The translations under genes and the position numbers were made by a program. DNA of 64,000 bases. It comes from Eledone cirrhosa (taxonomy: Eukaryota). Shown here piece by piece: positions 54,822 through 64,000 of the stretch (its first letter is position 1; the number at the start of each line of letters is the position of its first letter). Location: assembly GCA_964016885.1 (NCBI GenBank), contig OZ024740.1, positions 259,160,001 to 259,224,000 of the forward strand, read 5' to 3'. The notes under the pieces are model-generated. The model saw nothing but the letters and a program-made list of their open reading frames with translations. It did no database searches and was not told where the DNA came from.

Positions 54822-55455
54822 TACAATATAAACAGTTTTATAGATAAATATATTCGACATACCGTAATAAACATCAACTTCATTTGAAGAGGTTCACTCT
54901 ATATATATATATATATATGTAGAAGTTGTAGTTAATTTGTTGGAAGTCCGACAAACATAAATGTTTATAACTGATTTAGAGCACTCAACAGTTTACTGGA
55001 GTAAATATTCCATGATATTAAATAAATGGAAACTATATTTATAAAACCATATTTATTTTATTATATATATTTCAAGGCTATAAAACCATATTTATTTTAT
55101 TATATATATTCCAAGACACTATTAGTGCGCTTTCATCTGATAAAATACAAAGTTTGTTTTATAAATAGAGATGTAATCATGAAAATCATACCTGATCGGT
55201 TGGAAATTCACTGGATAGTGGAAACATATTAGGGATTATTCAAACTTATGTGTGAATATGCAAGTGAATGTGTAAATAATTGAAAAAACAACCGTTTATT
55301 TAAATGACATTGGAGAAAGATAGGGAAGAAAGAGAGAGAGAAAAAAGAGAGAGAGAAAAGATATTAATGTTACGAGATAGATAGAGAGAAGAAATTTACA
55401 GGAGGATGAATAGAACACATGTAACGTAAATATGGGGGACTAAATTTTAAGTATA

Positions 55456-55847
55456 TCTTTATTTTTATAAAAGCGAGGTGTGTGTGTGTACAACTTTGCA
55501 TGCATAAGGCTTTCACAATTACCAACTGAATTTGACCAAATTTTCTGTGCACGTTGCACAGGTCGCTAAGATTGTCACATTTCAAACATTTTTCAAATCG
55601 ACCCACGTTGAGCAATAAAAAATTGATATCAAATTTATCGCTAGAAAAATTGATATAAGGGAGATAACAAACTTTATTGACAATCCTTATAAAAAAGGGA
55701 GATAACCTCTTCGCCAAATATATTCGTTTGCATTAATTATTTAAGACTTCTGCTTATTTTGACAGGTTGGGGACAAATAATGTTCTTCTTTTACTTCCTA
55801 GCTGTATATTCTTTCAAACCCCGAGCAACGCCGGGTAAATCTGCTAG
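55456..55847 (+). mobile_element. Non-autonomous Helitron (392 bp)
   Basis: 5' TC; subterminal hairpin CCCGAGCAACGCCGGG; 3' CTAG; inserted at A|T with no TSD. The empty site is present in the opposite arm (~63362-63380). Confidence 0.88.
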
Positions 55848-56155
55848 TATCTACTAATGGTACGTATATTTACTATTATTTAGTTGTTAGAATTCTTTTC
55901 TAATATAATATTTACTGTTATAAGTAGATGGAAAAATAAATAGATATATATATAGAAAAATAAATATATATAAATATTAGATAGAAAAATAGATAGAAAA
56001 ATATATGGAAAAATAAATAGATAGAAAAATAGATAGGTAGAAAAATAAGTAGAAAAATAAATAGATAGAAAAATAGATAGGTAGAAAAATAAGTAGAAAA
56101 ATAAATAGATAGAAAAATAAATAGAAAAATAAAAGAATAAACCAATAAATAGATA

Positions 56156-59100
56156 TCTTTCTTTATTTGCCACAGGGGCGTACAAAAATAGGACATTACA
56201 AGACGTGACGGTGGGGGTTTTACATAAAAATAACTTTAACATTAATAAATAACAATAAAATATATATAATAAAATAACAATTGAAATCCCCAGTAGGGGG
56301 GAACGTTACTGCAGGGTTGTTTTACACCTCGTGCATAGAACAACCCTCCATACCAGGAACACGTTTTGTAGGTGTTCCTGTCTTCCCTCTGTGTATCTTC
56401 CTCAACTTACAGGTTTATATACAGAGAAGGCCCATTCACTCGGGCCATTTTTGCCACATTCACCCACCTTACAGCGAATTTACTGGGGTGTAGCACCTCT
56501 CTCTCCACTCTCACCTTCCTTCTGAAGTGGTACTTAAAGAAGGGATAAGTTGTCCGGAGAGAAAGGTGTTGGCTCTCAGTCCTTTTAACTTCGTCCACCA
56601 TATTATCTCTTTCGCCATAGCCACCAGACAGAGGAAAGCCGCCTCTCCTTCGTTCTTAATGAAGGCGGCGGGGTGATCCTCACGATGGACTCGGCTGACA
56701 ACTGGATGCGTCCCACACGTGACAGCAGCTGTTCGACATAATTTCACAGGTCGGTCACTACTGGGCACTGAACAATTGCGTGCAGAACGGTTTCATTGTC
56801 CTGCTCGCATCTTGGACAGCTCCTTTTGGCAGGATCTCTGCCAGGGCGTCCGTGTCTGTAGATTTTGTTTCGAACTGGTAGAGCTCCTCGGTAGCACTGC
56901 CAGGCCAGAGACCTCTGGAAGTTATCCATAGGCCCTAGACGGAAAGTCCTCCCGAACAGACTGGTCAGTTCGTCCTCCTTGATGCCTAGAGTTTCCCCGA
57001 GAACGTCGTCGCACTTATCCTCCACTAATCCCTTATAGAATGTCGAAGTGGAGTCTCCGCTGATTGCCGTTTCCGCTTGGTAGAGGGCTGTGAGCGCCTG
57101 TAGGCACTCGAGGTGCCAGGCACCCATTTCGGTCTTTGCTTGACACAGGACTGCAGCTCTGTTAGTGAGGCGAGTTGTGGAAGAGCTTGTCTCACAAACG
57201 ACAGCCACACCGGTTAACCGGTCAGGAATACCTGGAGATGGCGTAGCCTCAGCGCATGTTTGCGCATCATCAGCCACATCATGCCCAGCCCTCCGTTAAA
57301 AGGGTGTTGATAGCAGATGGATATCCTCACCAATGGAGCCTGTTTCTCTTCCAGGGGAACTTGAAGAGTAGGCGTTCCATTTTGGTAAGGTATTTGCGGG
57401 GGCAAGGCACGACTGTCAAGCGGTAGTAGATGACGGACGCTATGTAAGTGTTCGCCACCTCCGCTCGACCTTTCAAGGAGAGTTTGCACTCATTCCACTT
57501 CTGGGTGAGTGCAAACACCTTCACCGTGACCTCGTTCCAGTTCTTGTCCACCTGGAGGTCTGGACCGAACTAGACCCCGAGCAATTTCAACGGTACTTCC
57601 GTCTAGCGTTCAACGACACTGTCGGAAGGCATGGGTTTGCCTCTCCATGTGCCGAGTTGCAAACCGACAGACTTGTTTGGGTTTAGTCTTGCTCCTGTCA
57701 ACGTTTCGTATTACCCTGATTTCCGAGGTTTTCGACACCATTACGGTTATGTCGTCGGCATTGGCTGACGCTGCTTTCCGCAGTCCTGATTCGATCGGGA
57801 TGCCCTGCAACAGCTCCAATTTCCGCAGTAACGGCTCGAGAGTCAGTACATACAGAATGGGGGAGAGAGAGCATCCCTGACGGATGGAACGCATGATTTG
57901 GAATGGCTCTGATAGGTAGCCATTCACCTTGACTGCCGAGCAGATGCTGGTGTGTATGGCAGCGATCCAGCCTCTGAAGACGGGACCGAAGCCGGCCGCC
58001 TTGAGAACTGCTTCCAAGTATTGATGGTCGACCCAATCAAATGCCTTAGACTGATCTAAATTGATCAGAGCCCCACCAAAGCCAGATTTACACCCTACCC
58101 TCTATATGATGTATCGCATGAGGTGGAGGTTGTCGTGTATGGACCTGGTCGGGATTGCACACGTTTAGGCTTCCCCTACCAGGTTCTCGACGACAAGCGC
58201 CAGCCTTGCTGCTAACACCTTGGCCAATATCTTTAACTCTGTGTTGAGCAGAGTTATGGGCCTGAAATTGCTTACCCCATCCCCCTTGTCCTCATCTTTC
58301 CTAATCAGCGTTATTACGCCTCTGCCTACAGAACTGGGAATCATCCCGTTCTGCTGCCATTTGCAGTAGACCGCTTCGAGGACGCAAGAGAACAATTCTG
58401 GCATGCCTAAATAAAACTCATAGGGTAGCCCATCTAAACCGGGTGATTTGCGTTTCCCGCAGCGGCCTAGGGCATCTATTTCGCCCGCTGTGATCAGCCT
58501 TTCGCAGCTCTCCGCATCCGTGCTCGAGAGTCGCGGTACGCCGTCGAGGTAGGAGCTGAAGTCCATCACCTCGCTCGATGTACCGCTTTGCCCGAACACT
58601 TGTGCAAAATGCTGCTGGAAGGCCGTGCACATCTGCTTGGATTCAAGTATAATGCATCCATCTTTGTCTTGCAAAGACCGAATTGTGGATTTGCCACCTT
58701 TCACCTCTGCCACTCGGGCCCAGCTAACAGCTTTGGTTCCCTCGTTTCTTAGAGCACGTGTTCTACTTCTGACAATACAACCTTCGTGTTTCACGTTGAA
58801 GAACTGGTCTAGTGCCGTTCTCGCCACTAGCACGTCAGCTATACTGCCATTCCTAAGTGCCTCTTCTATTTTAGTTACCAGTTCCTTTTCAGTTTTGTTT
58901 TCTAAAGCTACTTCCTTGCTAAATGCTATCGATACTATTCTAATTGCTCTCTTGAGAGAACTCCACCACCTGTTGTTGACGATCGACCTCGTCAACTGGC
59001 ACTAATGTGCTAATCCATTTATTGTAGGCCTTACGCGCCGGGAGCGACATGTTTAGCTTCCAGTATCCGGGTCCCTGTCTATGTATTCTATCAAGGTTGA

Positions 59101-61405
59101 CTACGCAGGTGACTAATTTGTGGTCTGAATAAGCAACCATGTACATTTGTGGACAGCTTAATCTTCCCTTATCATTCTGTCTAATTAAAAATCTATCTAA
59201 ATACGATATACAAGACCTATTGCGGTTGTTCCACGTCAACAGTGGTGCACTTGGGAAGTCTAGTCGATATCTATCAGGCAGTTGGAATTGGCTGATGAGT
59301 TTTTTAGGGTATTACAGCCCCCTCTATTATCACAAGCTCCTACATAGTCCCAACGTGCGTCTAAGATGCCATTCCAGTCCCCCGCTAACACTAAGGAGCG
59401 AGACGTTCCTAGGAATGGCTCCAGTCGCTTGAAGAACTCTGGTCGCGATGTCTCAGTCGGGGCATATACGGCTACCAGTCTGAAAGCTCCACCTTCACTA
59501 CCATTCTCGTCCAGGACCACCAGGCTGCCCTCCGGGTCCAAGTGAATCGTCTGTATTTTGAGATCCAAGTTTTTTCGAAACAGAACAGCAACTCCCCCTC
59601 CACCTCCTGGCTAATAGAGAGATGCGTAGATCTGAAAATCATCGAACATGGGGGTTAGCTGCTGCTTGTCGTGAATCCTGGACTCGGTGATGTCTATCAC
59701 ATCTATACAATGTGACCTGAGATCATTTAAAAGCTGGCCCTGTTTCCAGGACATGCCCAGGAAACGTACATTCAAACATCCAGCTTGTATAGTCGCCATG
59801 TTGGTGAAGATGAGTTAAGGAGAGAAAAGGCAGGAACACTTACCTTTTCGTTTCCTGGAGGTTGTTCGATCTCCATGTCCATATTGGTGATGCTTGGGGA
59901 GGGAGGGAATCCTTTTAGAAGGACACGGTTAAGGGGCTTTTGGCAAAGGGGGCCCACATCATGTGGGAAATTCTCTTTTAAAGTTTCATACTGTAGGGTT
60001 GCTACCCTTATAAGTTTGAGGTTTGGGGGTGGGTCGTTGGTGGGGAAGGTTTTCTCTTCCGTTTGTATTGTGGGGTCCTTTCGGACAGTTTCCCCCAGTT
60101 CTTTGTTTCTTGTTTTTATTTATGTGTAGTGTGTTTTGTTTTTTATGTGTACTGTTTCTGTTTGTAGTTTTCTTTTTGTGGTTGGGGTTTGTGATTGTGG
60201 TGGTGTGGGTGTTTGTTTTGTTGGTGAAGTGTTTGGTTGTGTTGGTGGTGATTGTGTTGTTAGTGTGTTTGTCGTTTGTGGCGGTGTGTTTATGGAGGGG
60301 TTGGGTGTGTGCGTCTTTTCTGTAGATGTTTTTTGTGTCTTTTTTGTGTCTTTTGTTTTGGGGATTTTGGGGGTTCCTCTTCATTCTCACTTGGAGATGT
60401 AGAGGTTCCCGTATCTGAGACTTCTGAATCAGGGGTAGATGGGAGGGGTATGTTGTGTGGTGGAGTGTTTGTGCAGGTGTTTGTGGAAGTATTTGACAGG
60501 GGGGAGAGGCAATGGACGGTTTTTCAGTGGTATTTTGTGTGTGTTTGTTGTCTCTGGTCTGTGGTGGTGTGGGAGTGGATGATGCAGGTGTTTGTGTTGT
60601 GTTTGGTTTGGAGTGTTGAAGTTGGTGTTTTGGTATTGGTAATAACACTTTGTTTGTCCTCGGTTTGTTTAAGAGAGGGCAAAAGGCCTTTAAGTGTGTG
60701 GTTTTCCCACATTTATGGCACTGAGGTCTTTCCCCCTCCACTAAAATGGAGATGACATCTTCCTCAAGGACGATCCTGTCCGGTATTTTATCAACTCTCT
60801 CTGGCCTTGTTTGTAGCAGAACCTCTATGCAGGTTCCAAACCAGTTATGCCGGTCTGTCCTGTCTACAGATAGGAGGGTGTCCTCATCCTTCTTCAGGAT
60901 GCAGCGTAGGATCCATCATATGTTGACCTCTGCTGGGATCCTGGTTATTTTTATTTTGTAGGATCTTCTTCCCATGTATGTGGGGAAGATGTGTTGATCC
61001 GTTTTTATTGGGTGAACCGAGTGTTTTTGTGCCAGAGTTTCGCTCTTAAAGAGCACTGACACACTTCCATACTGTTTACCTCTTTGGAGGTATGACACGT
61101 CTGGCTTGATATCTTTTAGTGCATCTTCGATAGTGCTTGTTGGGAGCCTTATGGGTTTTTTGGTAGTGATGTCAACTGTTCTATAAATTATCTTGTTTTT
61201 CTGTGTCATTTCTCTTACTTGTGGGGGTATGTGTATGTGTGTGGTGTCTCCCTCAAACGTCACATAGTTGGAAGCCTCTTGCAAATATTGGGACTTTTGG
61301 GAAATGTAGTATTTAAAATCCTCTTCCTGCAAATGAAAATTTTGTTATTGTTGTTGGTGGTGGTGATGATGGTCTCATTCGTTGTGTTGCCACTGATTCC
61401 TTTTG
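56156..61405 (-). mobile_element. Decayed, 5'-truncated Tx1-like element (relative of 9165-14956) with 17-bp TSD
   Basis: Many frameshifted ORF2/ORF1 fragments homologous to copy 1. TSD aaaYcaataaatagata at 56139-56155 and 61406-61422. Empty site in the right arm. Confidence 0.92.
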
Positions 61406-61579
61406 AAATCAATAAATAGATAAATAGATAAATAGATAGATAAATGGATAGATGGGTATATCATGTTATAGATAATTGTTTTAATGAGTTATGAGGGATA
61501 TTGGTTTATATTTAATGTAAGTAATTAAGTTAACTGAGTTAATAAGAATATTTATATATATATATATATATACATATAT

Positions 61580-61640
<61 letters not shown>

Positions 61641-62865
61641 AAATATTTTAAATTGGGAAGATACGGAAAAGCTCCAATTTTGTTTATTTAATAGTTATTA
61701 TGAGACCATTTTGTCAAAATAAGTTTAAATTTTAAAGATATATTTAGTTGAAAGATATATTTAGCCTGAATTAGTTAGTGGTTATAAATCTAATAAAAGA
61801 TATTAAAAAATGTTATTAAAAAATATTAAAGAATATGAAAAGTTCTGGAAAATCTTTTAAAATTTTTTATAAAAAATAAAAAAATTTAAAAATTAAAAAA
61901 AAAAAGATTTATTTTTTAATTTTGAAAAGAATTTTTAAAATTTTAAGAAACCTTAAAAAATATTTTATAAGAGATAAGTAGATTTTTTAAAAAAATAAGT
62001 AATTTTTTTTAAATAAGTCATTTTTAAAATATATGAAAGATTTAAGAAGTAAAAAATAAAAAATATAAAGAATTAAAAAACCTTAAAAACATATTAAAAT
62101 TAAAGTTAAAATTAAAATTTAGGATCATATATGTATATAATTTAAGAAATTTTACGAAGTGAAAATATAAGAAGTGAAATTATAGCAAACAATATATTAA
62201 AACAGAGTGGATAAGATTGTTATGGAAATAAGTAGAAATATTATAAATGTAATTATAATTTATATATAGTTGAATTTAGGCGATGTTTACAAGAACTAAA
62301 TAAATTCATTTGTACATTAATAAAGTTCCTACATTTAAGTATGAAGAAAATTTCCTCAAAACACAATTTGCAAAATCTAGATAAAGCTGTGTTTCAGTAG
62401 GCAGGTGCTTTCTGAAATGATTTCCCAAGTTAAAGAATCGTCCGTATTTTTGGATTTTAAGTTCCATATCAGGTTTGAGAGAGAAGTTGAAGATTTTTTT
62501 TAAATTACTTATTTTTTAAAAATTAATGATTTTTTTTTAAATCTACTTATCTCTTATAAAATATTTTTTAAGGGTTCTTAAAATTTTTTTTAATTTTTTA
62601 GAAATTTAAAAAAATGTTTTTATTTTTTTTTTATAAATTTTTTTTTAAGATTTTCCCGACTTTTTAATATTGTTTAATATTTTTTAATAAAATACTTTAA
62701 TATCTTTTATTAGATTTATAATCACTAACTAATTCAGGCTAAATATATCTTTCAACATTTATATCTTTAAAATTTAAACTTATTTTGACAAAATGGTCTC
62801 ATAATAACTATTAAATAAACAAAACTGGAGCTTTTTCCGTATCTTCCCAATTTTAAATATTTAAA

Positions 62866-62954
<89 letters not shown>

Positions 62955-63420
62955 AATATAAATATTCTTATTAACTCAGTTAACTTAATTACTTACATTA
63001 AATATAAACCAATATCCCTCATAACTCATTAAAACAATTATCTATAACACGATATACCCATCTATCTATTTATCTATTTATCTATTTATTGATTTATTCT
63101 TTTATTTTTTCTATTTATTTTTCTATAAATTTATTTTTCTATCTATTTATTTTTCTACTTATTTTTAAATCTATCTATTTTTCTATCTATTTATTCTTCT
63201 ATTGACCTATTTTTTTATCTATTTATTTCTCCATATATTTTTCTATCTATTTTTCTAACTAATTTTTATATTTATTTTTCTATATATATCTATTTATTTT
63301 TCCATCTACTTATAACAGTAAATATTTCTAACAACTAAATAATAGTAAATATACGTACCATTAGTAGGTATATACTTAAAATGTGTTCTATTCATCCTCT
63401 TGTAATATTAATATCTTTTC

Positions 63421-63598
63421 GGTGGCAGTATCGGTAGAGGGTCAGACGCCATGCTTTGACGCATAGAGTTACGGTCCTTGCCATTCTGAGTTCAAATCCC
63501 GCCGAGGTTTACTTTGCCTTTCATCCTTACGGGGTCGATAAAATAAAGTACCAGTAATGCACTGGGTAATTGCTGGCCTTGTGCCAAAAGTAGAAACA
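63421..63598 (+). mobile_element. tRNA-derived SINE with 17-bp TSD
   Basis: Same family as 3562-3750. TSD aatattaatat[c/a]ttttc at 63404-63420 and 63599-63615. Absent from the left arm. Confidence 0.9.
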
Positions 63599-63824
63599 AA
63601 TATTAATATATTTTCTCTCTCTCTTTTTTTTCTCTCTCTTTCTTCCCTATCTTTCTCCAATGTCATTTAAATAAACGGTTGTTTTTTCAATTATTTACAC
63701 ATTCACTTGCATATTCACACATAAGTTTGAATAATCCCTAATATGTTTCCACTATCCAGTGAATTTCCAACCGATCAGGTATGATTTTCATGGGTACGTC
63801 TCTATTTATAAAACAAACTTTGTA

Positions 63825-63887
63825 TTTTATCTGATGAGAAAGCGCACTAATAGTGTCTTGGTTGCCCTTGAAATATATATAATAAAA
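63825..63887 (+). ncRNA. Type I hammerhead with canonical core
   Basis: Stem I TTTTAT/ATAAAA; CTGATGA; irregular stem II; GAAA-TATATA-TA with palindromic stem III. Confidence 0.78.
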
Positions 63888-63957
63888 TATATATTGTTTT
63901 ATAAATATAGTTTCCATTTATTTAATATCATGTTGTATATATATATATATGTATGTA

Positions 63958-64000
<43 letters not shown>

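Larger units (their letters stand above)
54920..63932 (-). mobile_element. Hydra-like PLE: EN remnant at 62270-62490, long pLTR running left to ~54920, inverted arm at ~62495-63932
   Basis: Minus strand STSLSNLIWNLKSKN..LTWEII..CKLCFEE..SCKH. 55011-62010 minus its insertions is the reverse complement of ~62495-63932. Confidence 0.85.

Noticed and set aside
61638-62866. Apparent DNA transposon with ~380-bp TIRs
   Set aside because: The spacer encodes a PLE GIY-YIG remnant and the symmetry extends far beyond, so a PLE inversion explains it better.

Overview
This is eukaryotic, AT-rich, microsatellite-dense DNA with no recognisable host gene. The SINE families look octopod/cephalopod-like, but that is recalled, not searched. 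The window is almost entirely retroelements. It holds two tandem R4/Dong-like RLE non-LTR copies at (TAA)n and a third RLE fragment in (TATG)n. There is one nearly intact and one decayed Tx1/L1-type element at GATA-rich sites, an intact RTE ORF between (TA)n tracts, tRNA-derived SINEs, a small Helitron, a ~60-bp minisatellite and a ~2.2-kb dispersed duplication. Penelope-like elements (PLEs) are especially numerous. Most PLE insertions sit at (TA)n, carry an inverted copy of their own 3' end (45 bp to 1.8 kb) and contain type I hammerhead ribozyme (HHR) motifs. I read about 17 HHR-like motifs in at least 5 families, with compensatory stem II changes and some variant cores. Best candidates for something new: a palindromic pair of tRNA-like Pol III units with PLE-like architecture; a non-coding HHR-bounded element carrying cargo; an 8.9-kb fold-back whose arms took up different insertions; a frame-shifted but conserved Tx1 ORF1 C-terminal domain ending at a conserved AG/GTAAGT; and an in-frame RT-to-GIY-YIG chimera with a single UGA. 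All coordinates were read by eye and may be off by a few bases. No searches or folding programs were run.
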